Shown: piece after piece, positions 9,119 to 18,401 of the stretch
Position numbering within the stretch: position 1 is the first letter of the stretch
Layout of the letters: each line of letters begins with the position of its first letter
Origin: a virus
Taxonomy: Duplodnaviria; Heunggongvirae; Uroviricota; Caudoviricetes
DNA: 64,000 bases
Virus record (IMG/VR): IMGVR_UViG_3300034122_001045
Direction: 5' to 3' (one strand)
Position numbers and translations under genes: made by a program
The notes under the pieces: model-generated
Seen by the model: only the letters and a program-made list of their open reading frames with translations
Told to the model about the DNA's origin: nothing
Databases searched by the model: none

Positions 9119-9325
9119 ATGTCTGTTACTGATATTATAAAGCATTCAGTTGATAAAAATCCTCTAGCGATGAAGGAAGCTCTAGAAGCAGAGCTTGCAG
9201 CACGTATTCGTCTTGCTCTCGAAGCAAAGATGTCTGATGACGAAGAAGACGAAGATGAAGAAGAGGAAGATGAAGACGAAGACGAAGACGAAGAAGATGA
9301 GGACGAAGACGAAGCCAAAAAATAA
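9119..9325 (+). CDS. Small protein with a ~30-residue poly-Asp/Glu tail
   Basis: 68 aa, ending DDEEDEDEEEEDEDEDEDEEDEDEDEAKK. A GAA/GAC codon run. The reverse-strand poly-Ser ORF is its mirror image. Confidence 0.5.
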   Translation: MSVTDIIKHSVDKNPLAMKEALEAELAARIRLALEAKMSDDEEDEDEEEEDEDEDEDEEDEDEDEAKK

Positions 9326-9901
9326 ATGAAGATCTATATCATCATAGCAATGTTTATGGCGGCTTCTATGGTAAGTGGAGGCGTATACTATTATTACACC
9401 TCCACGCAAGCCAAGATAGAGCAGCTTACTCAATATAACGCCACTCTTATGGCGAATGTTGAACAGATGGAACAAGTGAACAAACAGAACATCGCTACGA
9501 TTAATAATCTTCAGGCTGGTTATCAGCAGGCACAGGAGAACTTTGCTGCGCTTCAGAATAACTTTACGGAAATACGTCGTCAGAATAACGAATTGAGAGA
9601 CAGACTCGGAAAGCACGAGTTGGATGTCCTCGCAGCTGCAAAACCGGGTTTGGTTGAAAAGATACTAAACAGCGCAGCTGAAAAAGCAATGAGATGTTTT
9701 GAACTTGAGTCTGGATCGGTTCTAACAGACAAAGAAAAGGAAGCAAAGAATGCAAGAGCGTTTAACAGCGAGTGTCCTTGGATTTATGATCGTCTTGTCG
9801 CTAGCGGCATGCTCACGCCCAGCGCCAGTGGAACCACCACCGAAGATAATAACGGAGACACAAATAGTGAAACCTCCGAAACCGTCGGTTCCAACCCCTG
9901 A
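9326..9901 (+). CDS. Putative i-spanin (type II membrane protein with periplasmic coiled coil)
   Basis: N-terminal TM IYIIIAMFMAASMVSGGVYYYY, then a Q/N-rich heptad coiled coil. Lies immediately downstream of the endolysin and overlaps the lipoprotein gene. Confidence 0.55.
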   Translation: MKIYIIIAMFMAASMVSGGVYYYYTSTQAKIEQLTQYNATLMANVEQMEQVNKQNIATINNLQAGYQQAQENFAALQNNFTEIRRQNNELRDRLGKHELDVLAAAKPGLVEKILNSAAEKAMRCFELESGSVLTDKEKEAKNARAFNSECPWIYDRLVASGMLTPSASGTTTEDNNGDTNSETSETVGSNP

Positions 9902-10106
9902 CGAATTGAATCTAAGAGAAGTAAAATTCGCGGTCATTACACCCGAAAACGCAGAAGAAATTTTCTCAAAGGTAAAGGGAGACAAAGTTCTCTTTGCTCT
10001 CACAGCGAAGGACTATGAGAACATTTCTCTCAACTTAAGTGACATTCGAGCATACATACAGCAGCAAAAAGAAATCATTGTGATATATGAAAAGCAGTGG
10101 GACTAA
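9750..10106 (+). CDS. Putative o-spanin (outer-membrane lipoprotein), overlapping the i-spanin in another frame
   Basis: Signal peptide plus lipobox LSLAAC. The mature N-terminus is Pro-rich (RPAPVEPPPKIITETQIVKPPKPSVPTP). Its start is embedded in the last 150 nt of the i-spanin gene. Confidence 0.5.
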   Translation: MQERLTASVLGFMIVLSLAACSRPAPVEPPPKIITETQIVKPPKPSVPTPDELNLREVKFAVITPENAEEIFSKVKGDKVLFALTAKDYENISLNLSDIRAYIQQQKEIIVIYEKQWD

Positions 10107-10132
10107 AATATAAATAGTCTCGATTGGTTTTA

Positions 10133-10161
10133 GATGGCCCTTCAGGGGCCATTGTTCTTTA
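10133..10161 (+). terminator. Rho-independent terminator hairpin after the spanin genes
   Basis: ATGGCCC-ttcag-GGGCCAT stem followed by TTGTTCTTTAT. Confidence 0.55.
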
Positions 10162-10189
10162 TAGAATGTGATTTCTTTCAGGAAACAAA

Positions 10190-10657
10190 ATGACTGACAC
10201 CGAAGTAAACGTTCTAAAGACAGATGTCGCTCTTATCAAAAAAGACATTAAACAGATAGAGAGAGTATTTAATAAAGTCGACCACGCAGTTGGTGACATG
10301 GCCGAGCTACATAAGATAGCTGCGGTTCAAGAGAAGATTCTTGAGAACGCTGAAAGAAGAATTGAAAACCTAGAAGATACCTTTATTAAACATGCCGATG
10401 ATGAGGCTGAGCATCGTAAAGAACTCAGCAAAGTAATCGCCGACATGAGAGAGGACGCTCAGATACAAAGAGAACGTCGTCACAAAGAAGTATTAGAGTC
10501 AATACAGAATATGCATACGGTCATAACTGCAAAACTTGAGACTCAGGATGCAAGAATACAAGCCCTTGAAAACTGGAGATGGTGGATCCTCGGTGCAGCC
10601 GCGGTCTTGATCTTCCTCTTTGACAGATATGAATCCCTGATGTCACTTTTTGGTTGA
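10190..10657 (+). CDS. Coiled-coil protein with a single C-terminal TM (lysis-associated or other membrane protein)
   Basis: 155 aa. C-terminus WRWWILGAAAVLIFLF. A TATAAATA octamer at 10109-10116 lies upstream. Confidence 0.4.
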   Translation: MTDTEVNVLKTDVALIKKDIKQIERVFNKVDHAVGDMAELHKIAAVQEKILENAERRIENLEDTFIKHADDEAEHRKELSKVIADMREDAQIQRERRHKEVLESIQNMHTVITAKLETQDARIQALENWRWWILGAAAVLIFLFDRYESLMSLFG

Positions 10658-10715
10658 CATTTGGGATATATGGAATATATTGTAATTCAATATCATGCAA
10701 CTAATGTGAGGCAAC

Positions 10716-11723
10716 GTGGTAGATTTTGTAGATCTCCAATACGCGACTATGCTTTCGAGCCGATTGGATCGGTTTAAAGTTCGGTCGACGAATCCGTATA
10801 AGATAAACTTCAGGTGCCCTGTCTGCGGCGACTCTCAGACGTCAAAGACGAAGGCACGAGGCTGGCTGCTCGAAAAAGATAACAGCTTCCACTTCTACTG
10901 CCATAACTGCGGCGCAAGCCAATCGTTCTCGTACTTTCTCAAGAGTATTGACGGTATGGCATATAATGATTACATCGCAGAAAAGTTTGTGAAGGACGCG
11001 AAGAAGTCCGATGCGTCCATCTTAGAAAAAACAAAATTTGAAAAGCCTGTGTTCAATGTTGACCCTCTTAAACAACTTAAGAAGGTGAGTCAACTATCCA
11101 CGGATCATCCTCTTAAAAAGTACGTAATGAAAAGAGGAATTCCACCACAGCACCACTATCGAATGTATTTTGCCCCAAAGTTTAAAACTTGGATCAATAG
11201 CATTATTCCAAATAAGTTTGAGAACGTAGGCAAAGACGAACCTCGTCTCGTAATTCCATTCTTTGATGAGAACGGAAAGATGTTTGGTGTGTCGGCTCGT
11301 GGTTTTGATCCGAACGGCGTAAGATACATTACCATTATGTTTGAAGAACGTTCTAAGATCTTTGGCCTCGACACTGTAAATTTTGAACAGACATACTTCG
11401 TAGTTGAAGGTGCTCTCGACTGTATGTTTCTTTCAAACGCTGTTGCAATGGCAGGTGCTGACGGAAACGTAAGTGGTCTGAAAAGAGCTGACAACGCGAT
11501 CTTTGTATTCGATGCTGAGCCTCGGAATAAAGAGATCCATAAAAGGATTGAGAGGCTCATCAACGCCGGTTATCGAGTGTGCGTATGGCCCTCTAGCGTG
11601 CCTGGCAAGGATATAAATGAAATGGTTCTAAACGGTATATCAAACGTTGAAGAAGTCATTCGAGAAAACACTTATAAGGGTCTTCAAGCGACACTTAAGT
11701 TAGCATCATGGAGAAAAGTATGA
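10716..11723 (+). CDS. DNA primase (T4 gp61-like): zinc ribbon plus TOPRIM
   Basis: CPVCGDS...CHNCG zinc-binding N-terminus. A TOPRIM-like acidic motif VVEGALDCMFL. Size of 335 aa. Confidence 0.75.
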   Translation: MVDFVDLQYATMLSSRLDRFKVRSTNPYKINFRCPVCGDSQTSKTKARGWLLEKDNSFHFYCHNCGASQSFSYFLKSIDGMAYNDYIAEKFVKDAKKSDASILEKTKFEKPVFNVDPLKQLKKVSQLSTDHPLKKYVMKRGIPPQHHYRMYFAPKFKTWINSIIPNKFENVGKDEPRLVIPFFDENGKMFGVSARGFDPNGVRYITIMFEERSKIFGLDTVNFEQTYFVVEGALDCMFLSNAVAMAGADGNVSGLKRADNAIFVFDAEPRNKEIHKRIERLINAGYRVCVWPSSVPGKDINEMVLNGISNVEEVIRENTYKGLQATLKLASWRKV

Positions 11724-12217
11724 AGAATGTAAATGCTATTTTAGCTCACGATGCTTTTTGGGGAATTGGAAAGGACGGTGATCTTCCTTGGCCAAAGAAT
11801 AGCGATGATCTTAAATGGTTTAAAGAAAAGACGCTCGGTGGTGTCGTTGTGATGGGTAGAAAGACTTGGGAGAGTCTACACGTCAAGCCATTACCTAATA
11901 GACTCAACTACGTTATCTCGTCTTCGAATAATATTTCGCGTGGCTATCATGGTACGTATGGCGGCAATGATATTGTAGAAGTAATTAAAGATAAGATTGT
12001 GAAACGATACTCGGATCATTCTAAAATCTGGATCATCGGTGGTGCGCAGCTCGTTGAGAGTTGTCTTGAAATCATTGATGAACTCTGGTTAAACGATGTC
12101 GGCGGTGTTTATGATTGCGATACATTCCTTCCTAAACAAAAGATCACGGAACAGTTTCATATGGGTAGCGTAGAAGTTTTAAGTTTTGGAATTATTACAA
12201 AGTGGGTTAAAAGATGA
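11708..12217 (+). CDS. frd: Dihydrofolate reductase
   Basis: NAILAHDAFWGIGKDGDLPWP...VVMGRKTWESL is a canonical DHFR N-terminus. ATGA-coupled to thyA. Confidence 0.85.
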   Translation: MEKSMKNVNAILAHDAFWGIGKDGDLPWPKNSDDLKWFKEKTLGGVVVMGRKTWESLHVKPLPNRLNYVISSSNNISRGYHGTYGGNDIVEVIKDKIVKRYSDHSKIWIIGGAQLVESCLEIIDELWLNDVGGVYDCDTFLPKQKITEQFHMGSVEVLSFGIITKWVKR

Positions 12218-13104
12218 AACAGTATCATAAATTACTCGAAGATATCCTAGAGTACGGAGAGGACGTAAATGACAGGACAGGAACAGGGACAAGATCCATA
12301 TTCGGTTACCAAATGCGATTTAATTTACAAGACGGATTCCCTGCAGTTACGACAAAAAAGCTCGCATGGAAAGCAGTCGTTGGAGAACTACTCTGGTTCC
12401 TCGAAGGTGGAACAGACGAACGGCGTTTGGCGGAACTCACTTTTAACAAACATCGCGTCGACCTTATCGGAAGATCTACAATTTGGACCGCCAATGCCGA
12501 CACTCAAGGGAAGGCTCTTGGATACATCAACAATGAATTCACCAAAGAGCTTGGCCCAGTCTATGGAGCTCAGTGGCGCAACTTCAACAACATCAAGGGT
12601 GGAGACTGGGGAGTCGACCAGATCGTGGATGTTATCCGACAGATACAAACCAACCCTGACTCAAGAAGAATTATCCTTTCAGCATGGAACCCTCTACAGA
12701 CCTCCGAAATGGCCCTACCGCCCTGTCACGTACTCACGCAGTTTCGGGTCGTTAACGGTAAGTTGAGTTGCCAGATGTATCAGAGAAGCGGCGACGCCGG
12801 TCTCGGAATTCCATTTAACATTGCTTCATACTCTCTATTAACTCATATCATAGCAAAAGAATGTAATCTAGGCGTTGGCGATTTTGTTCATACTATCGGA
12901 GACGCACATATCTATACGAACCATATCGAACAAGTAAGAGAACAATTGACTCGCGAAGAGTTTCCTCTTCCTACTCTACACATAGACACCGACTTTGATC
13001 TCATGGATAGACTTAAGAACGGATTTAGACTCGACGACGTAAATAAGTTTCAACTTATAAACTATTTTCATCATTCAACTATCAAAATGGACATGGCAGT
13101 GTGA
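12214..13104 (+). CDS. td: Thymidylate synthase
   Basis: DRTGTGTRSIFG and the PCH active-site motif (LPPCHVLTQF) and the DAHIY motif. Confidence 0.9.
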   Translation: MKQYHKLLEDILEYGEDVNDRTGTGTRSIFGYQMRFNLQDGFPAVTTKKLAWKAVVGELLWFLEGGTDERRLAELTFNKHRVDLIGRSTIWTANADTQGKALGYINNEFTKELGPVYGAQWRNFNNIKGGDWGVDQIVDVIRQIQTNPDSRRIILSAWNPLQTSEMALPPCHVLTQFRVVNGKLSCQMYQRSGDAGLGIPFNIASYSLLTHIIAKECNLGVGDFVHTIGDAHIYTNHIEQVREQLTREEFPLPTLHIDTDFDLMDRLKNGFRLDDVNKFQLINYFHHSTIKMDMAV

Positions 13105-13261
13105 AGTAAAATATTGTATATAACTTCAAAAAGCTCTTGAGATAAGAATAAATACTACATGTTGACTAAAACAGACTAAAATCCACAATATATGTATTTG
13201 ATAAACCCTATTCGTAGGGTGTTGATTCATTTTCACTAATAACGATAAGAGGTACTTACGC

Positions 13262-14542
13262 ATGCTGGACGTTTCGAATAACGAAATAAGAAAGACAGTG
13301 AGCTATGTTTCGAAAAGAGACGGTTCAACTGAAAACTTCGATAGAAATAAAATTGTTACCGCAGTTTCAAAAGCTATGAGATCAGTTGGAATTAAAAGTA
13401 AAACTATACCAGAAGAAGTTTCATTGGAAGTGGCCGATAAACTTAACAGCGATGCTCTCAATGATGTTATCGTAAGCGTCGACGCAATTCATAGAACAGT
13501 TGAAAACGTAATCATGGATATGGGTCTGCACGATCTCGCTCGAGAATACATCCTCTATCGTTATAACAATATGCCAAGTATCTTTCGTAAGAGAACAAAT
13601 CTTAAACCTTACGAATATCCACAACTCATCGAGTACCTTGAAGCAATCCGCCATTCCTATTGGGTTCATACAGAGTTTAACTATTCATCCGACATTCAGG
13701 ATATGAAGGTTCGTATGACTCCTCAGGAAGCAGATATTGTAAAGAAGGCAATGCTTGCTATCTCTCAGATCGAAGTTCAAGTCAAAACGTTCTGGGCGAA
13801 GGTTGGCGATAAGATGCCAAAGCCAGAAGTACAAGCCGTTGGTGTTACCTTTGGTGAGTCTGAAGTTCGTCATGCTGATGCGTATTCAAACCTTCTTGAG
13901 ATAATGGGTCTTAACTCTGAGTTTGAGAACCTAGTTGAAGTACCAGCGATTAAGAAGCGTATCGCATATCTCGAGCAGTCGCTTCAGACTCCAGTTGATG
14001 ATAAGGACTACTTCCATAAGATCATTCTCTTTTCTATGTTCGTTGAAAATGTATCGCTATTCTCTCAGTTCCTTATTATGATGGCATTCAATAAACATAA
14101 GAACGTCCTTAAGGGTATCTCTAACGCTGTTGAAGCTACCTCAAAAGAAGAAGACATTCACGCTCGTTTTGGTTTCGAACTCGTGAATATCATTAAAGCA
14201 GAGAACCCAGACTGGTGGAACAAGGATACCATATCCGAAGTCAACCGTCTCTGCAAAGAAGCATATAAGGCAGAAGCTATGATCGTTGATTGGATCTATG
14301 GTGATTCGGATCTTGACTTTCTTCCGAAAGAAACCGTAAAAGAATTCCTCAAGCACCGTTTCAATCAGTCGCTTCAGGCAATCGACCTTAAACCTATCTA
14401 TGAAACCGATGTCAATGTAGTGAAGAGCACGAACTGGTTTGTTGAAGAAATCCTCAGCACAAAGAACGTTGACTTCTTCGTCAAGCGTAGCACTGCATAC
14501 TCAAAGAAGACAAAGTCATTCACAGAATCAGATCTATTCTAA
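13262..14542 (+). CDS. nrdB: Ribonucleotide reductase small subunit (NrdB) with N-terminal ATP-cone domain
   Basis: The N-terminal ~90 aa, VSKRDGSTENFDRNKIVTAVSKAM, are ATP-cone-like. The remaining ~330 aa are a ferritin-like R2 (helical, conserved E/H iron-ligand positions). Followed by nrdA. Confidence 0.75.
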   Translation: MLDVSNNEIRKTVSYVSKRDGSTENFDRNKIVTAVSKAMRSVGIKSKTIPEEVSLEVADKLNSDALNDVIVSVDAIHRTVENVIMDMGLHDLAREYILYRYNNMPSIFRKRTNLKPYEYPQLIEYLEAIRHSYWVHTEFNYSSDIQDMKVRMTPQEADIVKKAMLAISQIEVQVKTFWAKVGDKMPKPEVQAVGVTFGESEVRHADAYSNLLEIMGLNSEFENLVEVPAIKKRIAYLEQSLQTPVDDKDYFHKIILFSMFVENVSLFSQFLIMMAFNKHKNVLKGISNAVEATSKEEDIHARFGFELVNIIKAENPDWWNKDTISEVNRLCKEAYKAEAMIVDWIYGDSDLDFLPKETVKEFLKHRFNQSLQAIDLKPIYETDVNVVKSTNWFVEEILSTKNVDFFVKRSTAYSKKTKSFTESDLF

Positions 14543-14761
14543 GGAGAACATATAATGAGAAAAGAAATCTTAATTGCGCTTCGAGACCACGCGATTGCGC
14601 ATATCAATAAGCATAAGGTAAACGTTGAAATCTATTTGAATAATCCAGTCGGAGTTGGTGAGCATTCAGATATCATGGACACAATAGAAAAGGAACTCGA
14701 GGAGATGGCAAAGTACCACGATCAACTCGAAATTATTAATACATATTTTAAGGAATAATAA

Positions 14762-16417
14762 ATGGAAAAATTCTATTGGCTCAACGATGACTCAAGAAAG
14801 TTTTTGTCTCGCGGATATCTAAGCGAAGGTGAAACTCCTGAGGAACGCATTCGTGCGATTGCTGATACTGCAGAAAAGTATTTGACCATGCCAGGATATG
14901 CTGACAAGTTCTATGACTACATGGCTCGTGGTTTCTACTCTCTGTCGTCGCCAGTCTGGGCAAACTATGGTAAGGAAAGAGGACTTCCAGTATCCTGCTT
15001 TGGTTCTTACATCGACGATAACATGGAATCCATTCTATACGGTGTCGCCGAGAACGGAATGCTTATGAAGAACGGCGGAGGTACTTCCGGTTACTTCGGT
15101 GCAGTACGTCATCGTGGTGCTCCTATTCGTGACTCGGGCGAGTCTTCGGGTTCTGTGCACTTTATGCAGCTATATGATTCGTTGGCTTCAGTCGTATCTC
15201 AGGGTTCTGTTCGTCGTGGCTTCTTTGCTGCATATCACGACATCGATCACCCAGACGCAGACGAGTTTCTTGACATCGGAACGGAAGGAAATCCAATTCA
15301 GGGACTAACGACCGGTGTTGTTGTTTCAAACGAATTCATTCAGGCAATGAAGGATGGAGACGCAGAAAAACGTCGTCTTTGGGCAAAGGTTCTTCAGCGT
15401 CGTTCTGAGATTGGTTATCCATATGTTCTCTTCGGAGATAATGTTAACAATAACAAGCCTCAAGTATATAAGGATAAAGACCTCAAGATCCATGCATCGA
15501 ACATGTGTATTGAGATCGCGCTTCCTTCTTCCGTAGAAGAAACCTTTACTTGCGTTCTATCGTCAATCAACGTTCTTCATTGGGATGAGATCATTAAGAC
15601 CGATGCGATCGAAGTCATGACTTATTTCCTCGACACAGTATGCGAGGAGTTCATTCGTAAGACTGAAGGCCAAGAATATCTCAAGAGAGCTCGTCAGTTC
15701 GCAATCAATCACAGAGCACTTGGTGTAGGAATACTTGGATGGCATTCATATCTTCAGTCAAAGATGATTGCATTTGAGTCAAAAGAAGCCGCTCAAAAGA
15801 ATCTTGAGATCGCAAAGGTCCTTCGTGAACAGAGCCATAGAGCTTCTAAAGTTCTCGCAGAAATGTTTGGCGAGGCTCCTCTTCTTGTTGGTTACGGAAT
15901 GCGCAATACGACTACGATGGCTATCGCTCCAACAAAGAGCAGCTCGTTCATCCTTGGTCAAGTAAGTCAATCCATCGAGCCAGAGTTCTCTAACTGCTAC
16001 GTGAAGGATCTCGCAAAGATGAAGGTTACGATTAAGAACCCTTATCTTCTTCAGCTGCTTCAGGAAAAAGGTATGGACACGGAAGAAGTTTGGGACTCCA
16101 TTAAGATAGCAGACGGTTCCGTTCAACACCTAAGCTTCTTGTCTCAGGAAGAGAAGGATGTATTCAAGACGTTCGCAGAAATCAATCCATACACGATCAT
16201 CGATCATGCGGCTGTCCGTCAAGAATATATAGATCAGGGGCAAAGCCTTAACCTCATGTTGGATCCTCACATGTCCGTGAAGGAAATAAACCAACTATAC
16301 CTATATGCGCATGAAATGGGTGTTAAGAGTCTCTACTACAGCTACTCGATGTCTGCTGCGCAGTCGTTGACTAGAAAAAGAGTGATGGCAAGCAGCTGCG
16401 CAGCCTGCGAAGCCTAA
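14762..16417 (+). CDS. nrdA: Ribonucleotide reductase large subunit (NrdA), short form lacking an ATP cone
   Basis: 551 aa. SNMCIEIALPS matches the SNLCxEI active-site motif. C-terminal CAACEA cysteine pair. No N-terminal ATP-cone. Confidence 0.75.
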   Translation: MEKFYWLNDDSRKFLSRGYLSEGETPEERIRAIADTAEKYLTMPGYADKFYDYMARGFYSLSSPVWANYGKERGLPVSCFGSYIDDNMESILYGVAENGMLMKNGGGTSGYFGAVRHRGAPIRDSGESSGSVHFMQLYDSLASVVSQGSVRRGFFAAYHDIDHPDADEFLDIGTEGNPIQGLTTGVVVSNEFIQAMKDGDAEKRRLWAKVLQRRSEIGYPYVLFGDNVNNNKPQVYKDKDLKIHASNMCIEIALPSSVEETFTCVLSSINVLHWDEIIKTDAIEVMTYFLDTVCEEFIRKTEGQEYLKRARQFAINHRALGVGILGWHSYLQSKMIAFESKEAAQKNLEIAKVLREQSHRASKVLAEMFGEAPLLVGYGMRNTTTMAIAPTKSSSFILGQVSQSIEPEFSNCYVKDLAKMKVTIKNPYLLQLLQEKGMDTEEVWDSIKIADGSVQHLSFLSQEEKDVFKTFAEINPYTIIDHAAVRQEYIDQGQSLNLMLDPHMSVKEINQLYLYAHEMGVKSLYYSYSMSAAQSLTRKRVMASSCAACEA

Positions 16418-16425
16418 TTTTCTAT

Positions 16426-16454
16426 TTACATTGTCCCCGAATCGGTATACTGTA
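16426..16454 (+). promoter_or_regulatory. Sigma70/T4-early-type promoter upstream of small gene 16486
   Basis: TTTACA, then a 15-17 nt spacer, then TATACT. Confidence 0.4.
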
Positions 16455-16704
16455 GTATTACAGAAACCGATAAGGGATAAATACAATGGAACTTCAATCC
16501 GCGATTGAGTTTGCCCGTAAAATGCGTAGTTTGGCTCGTCGGGCAGACTCCTTTGGTTATAGTCGCCAACAAATCCTAGAAGCCATTATTGATGTCGCTC
16601 AGAACTACGAAGAAGTTGCTGAACGTGTTGAACTGCAGATGATTATTCAAATGCAAAACGATTGGGTTGAAGCTTCGTAATCGAAACAACGAACAGGAAA
16701 TCTA

Positions 16705-17199
16705 ATGCGTTTATCAACACTAACATTTACGTTAACCATGCTTTTAAGTTCTTCTTTGGCATATGCTTCGGCTTGTGACACAGAGGATAAAATTCATGCT
16801 CTGGCACTCAACATGTATCACGAGGCAAGAGGTGAAGGAAGCGATGCAATGCAGATGGTCGGTGAAGTAACACTTAATCGAGCAGGAAATAACCTCTTTC
16901 CAAGTACCATATGCGATGTAGTCTATCAGGCGAAAACCGATTCTAACGGTAATCCACTTCGTGGAAAATGTCAGTTCTCTTGGTACTGCGATGGTAGATC
17001 TGATATGCCTCGTGATCGAGAGTTGTGGTCTGAATCAGTAGAGATTGCGACTGGTCTAGTTGATGGTACCGCAGACCTAATTGGTACTAACGCCACACAC
17101 TATCACACAAAACGTGTAAAGCCTCATTGGGCTAAACACTATACAAAAGTAGGATACTATGGTGGTCATGTCTTTTATCGTGTTGGAAGTAAACTATGA
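16705..17199 (+). CDS. Secreted cell-wall hydrolase, SleB-like domain
   Basis: Signal peptide MRLSTLTFTLTMLLSSSLAYA. LALNMYHEARGEGSDAMQMVGEVTLNRA...CQFSWYCDG matches the SleB/Hydrolase_2 pattern. Confidence 0.6.
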   Translation: MRLSTLTFTLTMLLSSSLAYASACDTEDKIHALALNMYHEARGEGSDAMQMVGEVTLNRAGNNLFPSTICDVVYQAKTDSNGNPLRGKCQFSWYCDGRSDMPRDRELWSESVEIATGLVDGTADLIGTNATHYHTKRVKPHWAKHYTKVGYYGGHVFYRVGSKL

Positions 17200-17387
17200 T
17201 TCGATGGTATGACTATGCGATGGCCTTTCTGGTTGCCGATCTTTTAACAGGATTGATTATAAATGCTGCGATAGCAGAGACTTTTTGGCTGCAGATAGGC
17301 ATAAGTTTACTTTTTGCTCTTATCTGGGATCTTTGGGCTAATATATATTGTCAGGTAAGGCTGCGTATGGAAGAAAAACGTGAGTAA
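17196..17387 (+). CDS. Small 2-TM membrane protein (holin-like candidate)
   Basis: 63 aa with two hydrophobic helices. ATGA-coupled to the SleB-like gene. Confidence 0.4.
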   Translation: MIRWYDYAMAFLVADLLTGLIINAAIAETFWLQIGISLLFALIWDLWANIYCQVRLRMEEKRE

Positions 17388-17808
17388 GTATTCAGAAGTA
17401 AAGAAATTGTTCTGGTTGATCCTAGGTATCGTGCTGTTAGGCATTGCATACCTAGGTATCATACTTCCTGGTATTCCATGGAGTACGCCAGCAGTTCTTG
17501 CTGCTATCTGTTTTGCAAAGTCAAGCAACCGAATGCACGCTTGGATCTATAACCATCGTGTGTTCGGTCCTTTTCTGACCAATTGGAATGAAAAGAAAGT
17601 CTTTCCTACGAAAGCAAAGTACCTTATGATAGGAACGATGTCGGTATCACTTCTTATGTTGTGGATCGCTACTCAGAACATCAACGCCGTTATGTGGTCT
17701 GCATTGTTTATGTTCTTCGTAGCAGTGTGGGGATGGAGATATCCAGGAAGTGTAGAAGAACACGATCAAAGAGTTAAAGAGGGTAAGAAGATAGCATGGC
17801 TGAAATAG
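17380..17808 (+). CDS. DUF454/YbaN-like inner-membrane protein
   Basis: LGIAYLGIILPGIPWSTPAVLAAICFAKSS is typical of the DUF454 family. Confidence 0.5.
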   Translation: MSKYSEVKKLFWLILGIVLLGIAYLGIILPGIPWSTPAVLAAICFAKSSNRMHAWIYNHRVFGPFLTNWNEKKVFPTKAKYLMIGTMSVSLLMLWIATQNINAVMWSALFMFFVAVWGWRYPGSVEEHDQRVKEGKKIAWLK

Positions 17809-17992
17809 AATTTGTACCGACCATCACTCCAGAAGAGTGGAAAGAATACGAGCAAAAGAGAGCTCAAATGATCGTGGATAATCCTGGGTACGAACCAGAG
17901 AATGACTATATGAAGGACTCGCTCAAGGCAGGCGAACTTCCAGAAAACGTTATGGAGACTCTAAAAAAGTCTTTATCATAACACTTTTCTAT

Positions 17993-18021
17993 TTACATTC
18001 GTTTAGAATCAGTGTAGATTG
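17993..18021 (+). promoter_or_regulatory. Early promoter (member of the conserved promoter-leader cassette family)
   Basis: CTATTTACATTCGTTTAGAATCAGTGTAGATT. A -35 TTTACA, a 17-nt spacer, then a -10. Confidence 0.6.
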
Positions 18022-18050
18022 ATAATATAAGGAATGGCAAGGAGGCCACC

Positions 18051-18401
18051 ATGATTACCATCTACCAGATCCAACTGACCGACGATCAGATCATCGCTAT
18101 CAACGCAGGTCGTGAGGTTGAAGCTTTTACGGTTCGCAACCGAATGCAGTTCGGCTTTGATAAGTCTAAGTTCTCTGAAGCTTATCTGAAGCACTACGTC
18201 AAAGGTTGGGAAATCGATACTACCGACCTGGACGAAGCGTTCGAAGTTTCGAATGGGATTGGTGATCGTTACAAGGGTAAGCGCATCGGCCGTGCTTATT
18301 CCAGTTCTGTCGGTGATATCTTCATCGACGATAGCGGTGATTGCTTCGTCTGCGATACCTTTGGCTTCGTCGCTGTTGGCAAATATCCGCAGCTGACCTA
18401 G
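18051..18401 (+). CDS. Small early protein, unknown function (C-ending codon usage)
   Basis: 116 aa. Preceded by the conserved cassette and the RBS GGAGG. Confidence 0.6.
   Translation: MITIYQIQLTDDQIIAINAGREVEAFTVRNRMQFGFDKSKFSEAYLKHYVKGWEIDTTDLDEAFEVSNGIGDRYKGKRIGRAYSSSVGDIFIDDSGDCFVCDTFGFVAVGKYPQLT

Noticed and set aside
9067-9318. Poly-serine ORF on the minus strand
   Set aside because: It is the reverse complement of the GAA/GAC run encoding the poly-D/E tail of the plus-strand gene. The plus-strand gene has an RBS and fits the gene series.
13105-13261. Possible group I intron or homing endonuclease near td/nrdB (as in T4), and possible tRNA in the 157-bp gap
   Set aside because: td and nrdB are uninterrupted full-length ORFs. 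The gap contains only a promoter-like TTGACT, a small UUCG-loop hairpin (CCCTA-ttcg-TAGGG) and an RBS. There is no tRNA-like T-loop or cloverleaf.
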